Shown piece after piece: positions 1 through 12,600 of a stretch of DNA of 64,000 bases. Position numbers and translations under genes: made by a program. The stretch's first letter is position 1. Each line of letters begins with the position of its first letter. Below the pieces are notes generated by a model. The model did not search any database. It was not told the origin of the DNA and was given only the letters and a program-made list of their open reading frames with translations. This DNA comes from Macrostomum lignano (taxonomy: Eukaryota), in NCBI GenBank assembly GCA_002269645.1, contig NIVC01002299.1, forward strand, positions 62,001 to 126,000, in the 5' to 3' direction.

Positions 1-773
1 TCATACTCATAGTATTATCGAGAGTGCATAAAAATTAAAAATCAAATTATTTGGCCGCCAAATCTTTTCAAATGTGACATTTGCGATATGTTGCGCCATT
101 GGAAAGTCGTTAATTACATGCTATTTTAGTTTATACGCTCGTATTTTCAACTAATAGCTTATTACACATATCTGCCCCTATTCACCCAATTGCCAGTCAT
201 ATTTGTTCATCGCATGCGCCAACTCTGAATCAGTCCAGACTTTTCTTTCAACTTGTTTTCTTAACTACGAGCGTACTTGGCCGATGTTATTTAAAAAAAT
301 ATAAGTTCGGTGCCTTGCCTATTGTCGTAGCAACTAACCAGTTTATTCGTGTCTCTCAGTCTCTGGCAGACTACTTCAAGTAGCAATCTTGTATTCAATT
401 TTTATTTTGAAGCTTAATTATCCAACATTTGAAATTTGCGCCTAATTTGCTTCAACTACTACTGCTTTTAATTTGATTCCGTTTTGCATGTACTCCTAAT
501 TCTGCAATCTCGTTTGCACACCCTACTACTAATTCTAATACTACTGCCGCTTCTAAGTGTCCATTGCCATTTACCTTAAAATTAAATAGCCTAGAAGGTG
601 TATATTGATTATATGCCTTAATATGGTGATCAGACTTGTGATCCCAAGTTGTATTCAAGTCTAATACAAATTTCCTTCTCAACCGAAATTTAAAATCCTA
701 GTTTAACTGTATCATTTACTCGTTTCGAATTGTCTCTTGCTTTCTGCTCACCGAACTGACAGTGTGCAGACAT

Positions 774-774
<1 letters not shown>

Positions 775-848
<74 letters not shown>

Positions 849-850
849 CA
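775..850. repeat. (CAGA)n microsatellite
   Basis: Perfect tetranucleotide run. Confidence 0.95.
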
Positions 851-1449
851 AAGACAGACGCACTGACAGACAGACTAACATGAACAGGCGACTGGAAAAG
901 AGCAGGAGGGCGCAAAGCCGGAGAGCCGGCCAATGCAGCCTCGGTGAGGCTCCAGTCCGCACAGCCTCAGCATCGGCTGTCGGCAGTAGCTAGGCAGAGT
1001 TTCTCATAGAAAAGCTTCAGTAAGTGAGTGGCGAAAAGCCGTCGGCTGCACTGTTCTTCTTGCTCCAGTCCGCAGCTTCCACGAGCAACACCGAGTTGAT
1101 TAAAGTGACCGTTGGCAAACACCAACTCAGAATTGTGTGCTCAACTCAATACAGCAGAAGCAAATTATTGTTTTGCGCGTGTGTTTGCTCAGCCACTTGA
1201 CGATAACAGTCGCCTATGCAGTTTTCTCTCTGCTCTCTAAATAGTCGCGGCCAAGCTAAGAAAATCTTTGTGCGGAGGCTGGACAACTGTGCGAGCTCTG
1301 GAATTGCTCTGCATCAAAAGCTGTCTGTCTGTCCGCTTATTCTGAGCCGCGATGCCGGGCGAACCTCCACGGCGACAACTGCGGCGCCCACCTGTGCTGG
1401 AGATCGGCCGGCCGCCTTTTGTTAGCCTGGCCTGGCAGCCGGCGACGAC

Positions 1450-1810
1450 TCGAACCCGCGACCACTTCCAGCTGATTGGTGCGCGATCATCGCGCGGACC
1501 TGCGCCGAAAGTTGAATGTACTTTTCAATCCGGGCCAATCGTAGCAGACGGATTTCGCCTCTCCGCGCGACCCCGCAGCCTCGGCTGCCGCCGGCGCGAC
1601 AGCGGGGTTAATCGAACTTTCGTCTCCATGGCAACGGATCGGAGGGACAAGCCTAAAGAGTCGGAAAGGGCGGCGGACGGTCAGCGTTCGCTGGCGCTAG
1701 ACTGGCGGCTCCTGACTCTGGTGGGGCGCCGTCTCGGCCCGCCCGCCAACCGGCCGACCGAGGTGGCGGCCTTAGCAACAACGCCCGGTCGCCATGGCAA
1801 CATTAAGCGC
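1450..1810. promoter_or_regulatory. GC-rich promoter-like region with RFX X-box motifs and CCAAT boxes
   Basis: GTCTCCATGGCAAC 1622-1635, GTCGCCATGGCAAC 1788-1801, half-site TAGCAAC 1773-1779; CCAAT/ATTGG near 1473 and 1535. Confidence 0.55.
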
Positions 1811-2014
1811 GGTCGGTCTGGTCTACGCTAGGCACGGGGCTCTCTGACCTGGCATTGTGCATATAAATATACATGTGTAAATACGAGTACATAGCTAACC
1901 ATAGGGACCACTGTGTGACAGCTTTTTCCAACTGTTGATTTCAAAATCCGCAATCGTTAAATAGATAAAAATTTCTGACATTTATCTGTTTATCAGTTTA
2001 TTAAGCAATGCTAG

Positions 2015-2670
2015 CTTGGCACCCAACCCCTCATTTTGGCACCCAACCCCTCATTTTGGCACCCAACCCCTCATTTTGGCACCCAACCCCTCATTTTGGC
2101 ACCCAACCCCTCATTTTGGCACCCAACCCCTCATTTTGGCACCCAACCCCTCATTTTGGCACCCAACCCCTCATTTTGGCACCCACCCCCCTCTTACCAC
2201 ACAACCCCAATCTTGGCACCCACCCCCCTCTTACCACCCACCCCAATCTTGGCACCCACCCCCTATCTCGGCAGACCCCATCTTGGCACCCACCCCATCT
2301 TGGCACCCACCCCTATCTTGGTGCACCCACCCCTATCTCGGCAGCACCCCATCTTGGCACCCACCCCCATCTTGGCACCCACCCCTATCTTGGCACCCAC
2401 CCCCATCTTGGCACTCACCCCTATCTTGGCAACCACCCACTATCTGTTTGCAATCAACCACCACCCACCCACTGTTGCCCTATCTCGGCACCACCCCATC
2501 TTGGCACCCACACCCTATCTCGGTACCACCCCATCTTGGCACCCAACCCCATCTTGGCACCCACACCCTATCTCGGTACCACTCCATCTTGGCACCCACC
2601 CCCATCTTGGCACCCACCCCAATCTTGACACACACCCCCATCTTGACACCCACCCCCATCTTGACACTCA
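2015..2670. repeat. 20-bp minisatellite ttggcacccaacccctcatt, degenerating rightwards
   Basis: About 8 perfect copies followed by diverged variants. Confidence 0.9.
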
Positions 2671-3538
2671 CCCCCTGGTCCCAACGCATAGCTCCCAACA
2701 CTGTTTCAGGAAGCGAATCCAAGCTTTTCATTACTGCTAAAAGTAGTCATTAATGCAATGCTATGCGAAGTCTTTAGGCAGTGTATGCGCATTGCTACTA
2801 CTCAAAGCGCTAGTAGTAACACAGATCAGATGCGTTCATCATTTATTGACTGCCCTGCATGGTCAGGTAGCAGTTTTAAGAGGCAATAAAGGCGGCTCGC
2901 ATTGCCGCTAATTGCTCTGCGCGGGTCCTGAACTGCTCAAATCAATCTTAAAATGTTTCTGAACCAACTGTAGATTGAGTTAAGCTGTCTTGGACTTGCG
3001 AAGCCACAGTCGGTAATGCGAATCGGCCTTTACATGAATACAAGCGTTTGCAGTTTGTGAGGCAATGATATAAAATGAAATTATAAATTATAAAATTGTT
3101 CATTAAACAATTGTTACTACATGTAGATTGGAAAATAAAAAAATTGTTTCTTAAATAAAAATTTACGGATAAATAATTAGTTTGTACTAATTTAATAGCA
3201 TCGCATTTGTGTGACTGGGTGAAAACTGCAAATAATTAATTAGCTTAGCTCATCAACTGGTTCTGTTTGCGAAACGGGCAAGAACTCGCTGATAAAACAA
3301 ATTTTATCAATGAAAAAATTCTGTAAAAAATTCTGGTAAATAAAACAGCAACAGGGGACTGCCAACTGTCACAAGAAGACAAAGTCAGCAGTTGACGGGC
3401 TAGCGAGCGAATCAATAATAGGGGTCTGTCGGGTAGCGCAATAGCTTCTGTGTCATAGCAGTTGCCTCTGTGGTGAGCAGCAGGACTGACTAGAGGACAC
3501 TGGCGGAGTGAGCACATGCGGCCAGCCGATGCCCCTCA

Positions 3539-3646
3539 TCAATGCGATTTTGGCTCCCCGTCTTCGTCATAGTCGTCAAGGAATCCCAGGTGCTCGGCTG
3601 TTGCCTCCTCGACTACGGCGGCCGCGGCACCGCGCGGTTGGCTCAC
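3539..3646 (-). CDS. ITPR: ITPR-like probable terminal exon 46
   Basis: ctgac...ccatccag|[35 protein letters not shown]; phase 0 match. Confidence 0.65.
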   Translation of the reverse strand: MSQPRGAAAAVVEEATAEHLGFLDDYDEDGEPKSH

Positions 3647-6600
3647 CTGGATGGGTGAGTGGGCGAAAGTCAGGGTTACTCCCAGATCCTCAGTTGCTGG
3701 GCCACAGCCTCCCAGATCCTCAGTTGCTGGGCCAGCCTCCCAGATCCTCAGTTGCTGGGCCACAGCCTCCCAGATCCTCAGTTGCTGGGCCACAGCCTCC
3801 CAGATCCTCAGTTGCTGGGCCAGCCTCCCAGATCCTCAGTTGCTGGGCCAGCCTCCCAGATCCTCAGTTGCTGGGCCACAGCCTCTCAGATTCTCAGTTG
3901 CTGGGCCAGCCTCCCAGATCCTCAGTTGCTGGGCCAGCCTCTCAGATCCTCAGCTGCTGGGCCAGCCTCTCAGATCCTCAGCTGCTTACGCAACTCTCCA
4001 AAAATCAGCCACCTGGCCCCCGCTCACGTCGGGCACAGACAGCCGATAGTCCTCCTCGCTTCCAGGCAGAGACGGCGACCTCGGCAGTTCGTCTTCGTCC
4101 TCCTCCTCGTGCGGCGGGCGAGGCACGCTGAGCAGGAAACGCCTGTCCGGCGCCGGGTGGCTGCCGCGAATCCTGACGCCGCCGCTGCCGCTTTCGCTGG
4201 CCGCCGCCAATGCCGCGGTGTCCTGCAGCAGGTGGCCGCTGCTGAGCACCTTCTGCTGCCACTTCTTCTGCCTGTTCAGCTCCACCCAGCGGCGCCGCTC
4301 CGCCTCCTGTGCATTGAGGAAGAGTGTGCTCAGACTGTGCTCAGACTGTGCTCAGAGTGTGCTCAGAGTGTGCCAGAGTGTCCTCAACTGTGCTCAGGGT
4401 GTGCTCAGAGTTGGTCATTGGGCGGAATGGATGGGATTTTAAGTGACTCGAGTTTAACTATATTTGAGGATCTGAGGATATTAGACGACCAGAAATAATG
4501 AGATAATTAAGGAATCAGAATCTGGGTTGTGTGGGATCAGAAAGCAATCTCAAAGATGGATTGTTAAAAGCGGGCGACATGGGGATTTGATGAAATATAC
4601 AATCTCGAGATTAAACGCTGTAAAAAATGGCTACGAGCGTAGTTCTAATAGCTAACCTCTTCCTTCTGGTGCTGCACGAGGTCTTTCACGTTGCTAAGCA
4701 GTTCGTCAATTTTTGAGTCAGTTGAATCCTCGTCCTTAGCCGACAAGCAGAGGGCTCGGTTGAGCGGAAAGAATTCAAACCTTTCCTCTTTTAACTGAAA
4801 ATTGTGGTTTTAACGAGATTTCCCTTGACCTTTACGATTTTTGGCGACATGAAATTACAAAACAGTAAGGCTTGAGACATTGATTTAAATGCACAAGCGT
4901 TTTCTGGGTGTGCAGGGGTGGCTGGCGGAGTGAGGGGTGTGGAGGGGTGGCTAGCGGAGTTGAGGGGTGTGGAGGGGTAGCTGGCGGAGTGAGGGGTGTG
5001 GAGGGGTAGCTGGCGGAGTGAGGGGTGTGGATGGGGTGTCTGGCGAAGTGAGGGGTGTGGATGGGGTGGCTGGCGGAGTGAGGGGTGTGGATGGGGTGGC
5101 TGGCGGAGTGAGGGGTGTGAAGGGGTAGCTGGCGGAGTGAGGGGTGTGGAGGGGTGGCTGGCGGAGTGAGGGGTGTGGAGGGGTGGCTGGCGGAGTGAGG
5201 GGTGTGGATGGGGTGTCTGGCGGAGTGAGGGGTGTGGATGGGGTGGCTGGCGGAGTGAGGGGTGTGGATGGGTAGCTGGCGGAGTGAGGGGTGTGGAGGG
5301 GTAGCTGGCGGAGTGAGGGGTGTGGAGGGGTGGCTGGCGGAGTGAGGGGTTCAGACGGGGCCGAAATGAGAAGTACATGCTTACTGAGCTACAAAAAACT
5401 GAGCTACAAAGGCCCTACCATCTTGTGGACGTGCAAATCCAATGAGGTATAGTCATTAGTTGCCGTGTCCTCCAGGTGGATGAAGAAGAAAATATAGGCC
5501 CACATGTTGTGCTCAGTGCGCACGTGATGGTCGAAGCCCTGACCGTGGTGCTCGAAGTCATAGTTGTTGCGCGAGCAGATGAAGCAGCAGTTGCGCATGT
5601 CGGTCTCGGCCAGCCACTTCTTGTCTCTGTGGGTGAAAGAATTGAAAGAATGGTAAGGAAAGAGTTAGGGGTGTGGAGGAGTGAGGGGTGTGGAGGAGTG
5701 AGGGGTGAAGAGGAGTGAGGGGTGTGGAGGAGTGAGGGGTGTGGAGGAGTGAGGGGTGTGGAGGAGTGAGGGGTGTGGAGGAGTGAGGGGTGTGGAGGAG
5801 TGAGGGGTGAAGAGGAGTAAGGGGTGAAGAGGAGTGAGGGGTGAAGAGGAGTAAGGGGTGAAGAGGAGTGAGGGGCTGAAGGAGTGGGGTATTATCTCAC
5901 CTGAGCTGACTAAAAGTATCCACAATGATGCCAAAGATAATGTTCAAGCCGATGGTGCTAATCAAGACAAAGAATGTGATGCTGAACAGGGCCATCCAGA
6001 CGTACTCGTCAAAGTTTCTGTGGCTGGATGGCGGCACAAGATTCTGAAAAGAATTTAGCAAGCAAAGTTTTACTGTTTTAACATCAAATTACGTTATTGG
6101 TATGTTTCAGTTTTTCAGTTTTGAGCTCGAACTTCAAAGTTTCAAGCTTGTTTCGAGCAGAGTTCGAGTGTCGAACTCGGAGAGCCGCTCACCTCGAACA
6201 AGTCGCCAATCAACCCGAAGCGCAGGATGGTGACGAAGCACTGGTAGAGTGTGCCGCAGAACATCAGACTGTCGTCTGGACGGAAGGCGATTCGGAACTT
6301 AGCGAAGCCGATCACCGCGTACAGGTACATGATCGCGATGCCCAGCACCGAGACCCACACCAGCGACAGGCCTGCAGGGTTGAGCGGCCGGCTTATAAAC
6401 TAATTCATAGATAATTTTGAAACTAATTGTGGCATTTTACTTATCATACGTATGTGCACTGTTAGCCTTGCATAGCTATCGGCTCTGTATGTGAGAGAGT
6501 GACATTCCATGTTAGAGAGTGACATTCCGTGTTAGAGAGTGACAATCCATGTTAGAGAGTGACATTCCGTGTTAGAGAGTGACAATCCATGTTAGAGAGT

Positions 6601-9600
6601 GACATTCCGTGTTAGAGAGTGACATTCCGTGTTAGAGAGTGACATTCCGTGTTAGAGAGTGACATTCCGTGTTAGAGAGTGACCTTTGATGTTAGAGAGT
6701 GACAATCCATGTCAGAGAGTGACATTCCATGTTAGAGAGTGACAATCCATGTTAGAGAGTGACATTCCGTGTTAGAGAGTGACCTTTGATGTTAGAGACT
6801 GACAATCCATGTTAGAGAGTGACATTTCATGTGAAAGAGTGACCTTTCATGTTAGAGAGTGACATTTCATGTGAGAGAGTGACATTCCATGTTAGAGAGT
6901 GACATTTCATGTGAGAGAGTGACATTCCATGTTAGAGAGTGACATTTCATGTGAGAGAGTGACCTTTCATGTTAGAGGGACATTCCATGTTAGAGAGTGA
7001 ACTTTGATGTTAGAGAGTGACCCTTTCATGTTAGAGAGTGACCTTCCATGCTAGAGAGTGACATTCCATGTCAGAGAGTGAACCTTCTGTGTTAGAGAGT
7101 TATCTTCCATGCTAGAGAGTGACATTCAATGTTACACAGTGAACTGTTATGCTGGACACAGACCAAACGCAATGCCGACGCAACCAATGCTCCCCAAAAC
7201 GGCTCACCATTGGTGGTGACGGCCTGAATGACGCCCCTCAGCATCTGGTTGTTGTTGACAATGTTGAGCAGGTGGAAGGCAAAGAAATACGGACTGTAGA
7301 AGGTGCCCGCAAACGCGCAGCCGACAAACACGATGTAGTAAAAGGTGGCGATGGAGAACAGGCGCACGGACAGCTTGTCCTGACCGCCGGACTCGCGCAC
7401 CTCGTTCTCCTCTTCCTGGTCCTTCTGCCGCAGCTGCCGGAGCCGCCAAGCCAGCCTGGCCAGGTCTGGCGGCCTCGGATGATTGGCAACGAAGAAGGCC
7501 AGCAGGATGATGATGGACAGGGCGTCAAGGATGTAGGCGAAGGCCATCAGCCAGTCTGGCAGGCTGGGATAGTCCGCCTTCCACTGCCCGGTGGTGCTGC
7601 GGGAGAGAGAGATGATGCAATCACGTGACATGATACAGTAACATTATGAGAGATGATGCAACAGCACGATCACATGATGCAACAACATGATCACATGATG
7701 CAACAACATGATCACATGATGCAACAACACGATCACATGATGCAACAACACGATCACATGATGCAACAACACGATCACATGATGCAACAACACGATCACA
7801 TGATGCAGCAACACGATCACATGATGCAACAACACGATCACATGATGCAACAACACGATCACATGATGCAACAACATGATCACATGATGCAACAGCACTA
7901 CTCGGTGACTCACTTAAAGAAGGCGTCGGGCACTGGCGCGGACTCGTCCGCCGAGATGTCAAGCGACGGTGTGTTGGCGCCGCCTGGCGGAGCCTCCAGG
8001 CCGATGAGCATGATGAGGTTGATGATGACGGCCACCAGGGTGGCAGAGTGGTTCCAGATCAGCCACAGCCGGGTCAGGGCGATGGTCAGAGGGTTGGACA
8101 GCACCTTCTTCTGGTAGTGGATGTCGTTCAGTATGGCCTTGGTCCAGTCCATGAAGTCGCGGATCTTCGTGCTGGACGAATTTCGGTCTACGTTCCACTT
8201 CAGCTTCTCTTTGACCTCCTCCCTCAGCACGTTCTGGGGTGCGGCGGGATTGGGAATGCTGAACAATGATGCAGGAGTACCTGATAGCTAATGCTGACTC
8301 CTAGATGCCCAATACCCGCTTCCCAATACCCGATACCCGATTCCCCAATACCCGATACCCGCTTCCCAATACTCGATACCCGATTCCCCAATATCCGATA
8401 CCCAATACCCGATACGCAATACCCGATACCCAATACCCGATACGCAATACCCAATACCCAATACCCGATACCCAATACCCGATACCCAATACCCGATACC
8501 CAATACCCGATACCCAATACCCGATACCCAATACCCGATACCCGATACCCGATACCCGATACCGATACCCAATACCCGATACCCAATACCCGATACCCAA
8601 TACCCGATACCCAATACCGATACCCAATACCCGATACCCAATACCCGATACCCAATACCCGATACCCAATACCCGATACCCGATACCCAATACCCGATAC
8701 CCAGTACCAGATACTCAATATCCGATGCCCAGTACCCTCTTAATACCCGATTCCCCCTGGCGTTGCCCAATACCAAATATTCAAATACACCACTAAGCTC
8801 ATATTAAGAAGAGCGCAGCTAAGCCTGGTGCAGCCCTCACTAACCTTATTCCGAACTCTAAAGTGAATCTTCTGCAGGTTAGAGTCTTTCACAATCTCAA
8901 TAGTCATTGAATTCTTCTTGAAAAACTTGAACGCTTTCATCTGCGAGTCGGAAATTCTGAGCTCTGCGGGCGAGGCGTTTGAAATGGAGATCATCGTTAA
9001 AACATGCTTACTTTGTGAGACAAAATGCAGTGTTTTGATTTGTGAGGAAAATCATTCTGAATGCCAAAGCCTTGCTGTTATTTGCCGCTCGAATTGCGCG
9101 AATTTGGCGCTGTTTAAAACAAAGTAAAAAAATCCGGATGCCAATCCGACGCAATGAACCGTCACCAAGCGCTTATTTATGTTTTTAGGCTTGTTTAATT
9201 AATGAAATAATTAGCCAAACAATGCAAATATTAACAAATCAATTCTGTATACAACTTTGTGCAGACTTGATTTGATATCCCGTCCCAGTTAGTCGCTTTT
9301 GGAATATGTTATTGGGTATCGGGTATTGGGTATCGGGTATTGGGTATCGGGTATTGGGTATCGGGTATTGGGTATCGGGTATTGGGTATCGGGTATTGGG
9401 TATCGGGTATTGGGTATCGGGTATTGGGTATCGGGTATCGGGTATCGGGTATTGGGTATCGGGTATTGGGTATCGGGTATTGGGTATCGGGTATCGGGTA
9501 TCGGGTATTGGGTATCGGGTATCGGGTATCGGGTATTGGGTATCGGGTATTGGGTATCGGGTATTGGGTATCGGGTATTGGGTATCGGGTATCGGGTATC

Positions 9601-12600
9601 GGGTATTGGGTATCGGGTATTGGGTATTGGGTATCGGGTATTGGGTATCGGGTATTGGGTATCGGGTATTGGGTATCGGGTATTGGGTATCGGGTATCGG
9701 GTATCGGGTATTGGGTATCGGGTATCGGGTATTGGGTATTGGGTATTGGGTATCGGGTATCGGGTATTGGGTATCAGGTATTGGGTATCGGGTATTGGGT
9801 ATCGGATATTGGGTATCGGGTATTGGGTATCGGGTATTGGGTTTCGGGTATTGGGTATCGGGTATTGAGTATCGGGTATTGGGTATTGGATTTCGGGTAT
9901 TGGGTATCATTGGGTATCGGGTATTGGGTATTGAGAATTGGTTATTGGGTATTAGGTACTGGGGATCGGGTAATGGGTATCGTGTATTGAGAATTGGGTA
10001 TTAGGTATTTGGTTATTGGATATTGGGAATCGGGCACTGGGGATCAGCTCAGATATCGGAACAGTCTGATCATAAACAAATTAATATCGGTATGATAAGA
10101 TATGCCAATAATTCCATTCCAATTGCAGAGAAGAAAGGCGGTATTGGAGGAGTGCTTGCAAAATTAGGTCGGGTCGAATCCCAATAGCCAATTTAGAAGG
10201 CTTGGACAGAAATACTCTACTTAGCAAAATTATTACCTAGTAGTACTCAGCGCAACAAAAATTTAAGGCTAATGCCATTATGGTAAGGCTTATCCACACA
10301 ACAAAGCTCAAGTATTCCTTAACACATATCAAACTCAGTTTCAATAAGTAGTTTAAACACGGCATTCTTAGTAGCATGAAAGCGCATAAAATGGTGAATT
10401 TTTTGTTTATTACAAAAATATATGGCCCGTAATATTTTCATTTAACTACTACTGACAATAAGTTTTGTAAGTAGTTTGTAAGCGTGTTTTTTTCTGTCAA
10501 CTCATTATTACAGGTTAAAAACTGCTGCGCCTTTCAAAGTTCTGGGGAGAAGGGGGTGGAGGCAGCTTCAACATACCTCGTCCGTAGGGATCTGAGTCTG
10601 TAAGTTGAAGTTATATGAGCAGTTGTCTTATCTTGGCTAGCAATAAATTAATTAAAGTTGCTAAAATACCTACTGGCTACAGAATCATACATGTATTTAT
10701 TAATACATGCACAGAGATAGTCACCTTTCTTTCCCATCGCGGGGTCGATGTCGTACAGGCGGGCGATGATGGTGTAAAATGAGAAGCCAACATCGAATAT
10801 GGCGTCCTTCAGCTCCTTGTTCTCGTCCTTCTTCTGCGGATTGAATGCCAGCGATGCTATGCGGTAAACTGTTCGTTAATTTTTTAGGCCGCTGATCCAA
10901 CCCACACTCGACTAAGCCGCTAATCCAGCCCACACTCTACTAAGCCGCTAATCCAGCCCACACTCTACTAAGCCGCTAATCCAGCCCACACTCTACTAAG
11001 CCGCTAATCCAGCCCACACTCTACTAAGCCGCTAATCCAGCCCACACTCTACTAAGCCGCTAATCCAGCCCACACTCTACTAAGCCGCTAATCCAGCCCA
11101 CACTCGACTAAGCCGCTAATCCAGCCCACACTCTACTAAGCCGCTAATCCAGCCCACACTCTACTAAGCCGCTAATCCAGCCCACACTCGACTAAGCCGC
11201 TAATCCAGCCCACACTCTACTAAGCCGCTAATCCAGCCCACACTCTACTAAGCCGCTAATCCAGCCCACACTCTACTAAGCCGCTAATCCAGCCCACACT
11301 CTACTAAGCCGCTAATCCAATCCACACTCTACTAAGCCGCTAATCCAGCCCACACTCTACTAAGCCGCTAATCCAATCCACACTCTACTAAGCCGCTAAT
11401 CCAGCCCACACTCTACTAAGCCGCTAATCCAATCCACACTCTACTAAGCCGCTAATCCAATCCACCCTCTACTAAGCCGCTAATCCAATCCACACTCTAC
11501 TAAGCCGCTAATCCAATTCAACCAACACTCTACTAAGCCGCTAATCCAGCCCACACTCTACTAAGCCGCTAATCCAATCCACACTCTACTAAGCCGCTAA
11601 TCCAATCCACTCTCTACTAAGCTGCTAATCCAATCCACCCTCTACTAAGCCGCTAATCCAATCCACACTCTACTAAGCCGCTAATCCAATTCAACCAACA
11701 CTCTACTAAGCCGCTAATCCAGCCCACACTCTACTAAGCCGCTAATCCAATCCACACTCTACTAAGCCGCTAATCCAATCCACTCTCTACTAAGCCGCTA
11801 ATCCAATCCACACTCTACTAAGCCGCTAATCCAATTCAACCAACACTCTACTAAGCCGCTAATCCAGCCCACACTCTACTAAGCCGCTAATCCAATCCAA
11901 CCCACACTCTACTAAGCTGCTAATCCAACCCACACTATACTAAGCCGCTAATCCAATTCAACACACACTACTAAGCCGCTAATCCAATTCAACACACATT
12001 CTAGTAAGCCGCTAATCCAACCCATCATTCGCTAAGCCGCCAATCCAACCCACACTCTCCAAGCCCAGCCAGCGCTCACCAGCAGGCGCCGCAGCCAGCC
12101 CTCCTTGCCGGAGCTGTCCCTCTGGCAGTATTCGTAGCACTCGGTCATGACTCGGTACAGCGCCTCCTTGTCCAGGGTGTCCTTGACCTCCCGGCCAATC
12201 ACCGCCGCCTCGGGCGAGTTCTCCTCAATGAGGGACACAACCAGATTGGCGATGGCCTGCCGCAGGCTGGCAATCTGGTCCAGCTCGCAATTCTCAAAAT
12301 CGGAAGTGCGCAGTATAAAATTAATGTAATCTATGATTTTGTTGTCGTAGACTGCGGCCCGATTCTCTTGGTTGCCCTGCGGTAGCAAAGTGTGAAAATT
12401 AATATTAAACAATTTGCGGCTATTGAGCGCTTTTTTTCTACTTTTAGTAGTGAAGCGCCTGGCTAACAGAGAAAATGTTCCTACAAATATTTGCAAGAAC
12501 GGTTTTAATGTTAAAATAGGCTATTGAGACAGGACTATTATCTAATTGGATTCCCCGAAACCCGGAATTGAAATCAGATTTTAAAGTTAATGAGAAACTG

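Noticed and set aside
1430-1500. tRNA-like GGGTTCGAGTC on the minus strand
   Set aside because: T-stem does not pair, and there is no A box or acceptor stem
2008-2753. Three overlapping Pro/His-rich ORFs
   Set aside because: Translation of a degenerate 20-bp C-rich repeat
8224-10004. Multiple YPIPDTQ / GIGYRV repeat ORFs
   Set aside because: A stop-free 7-bp satellite gives ORFs in all frames; lies in ITPR introns
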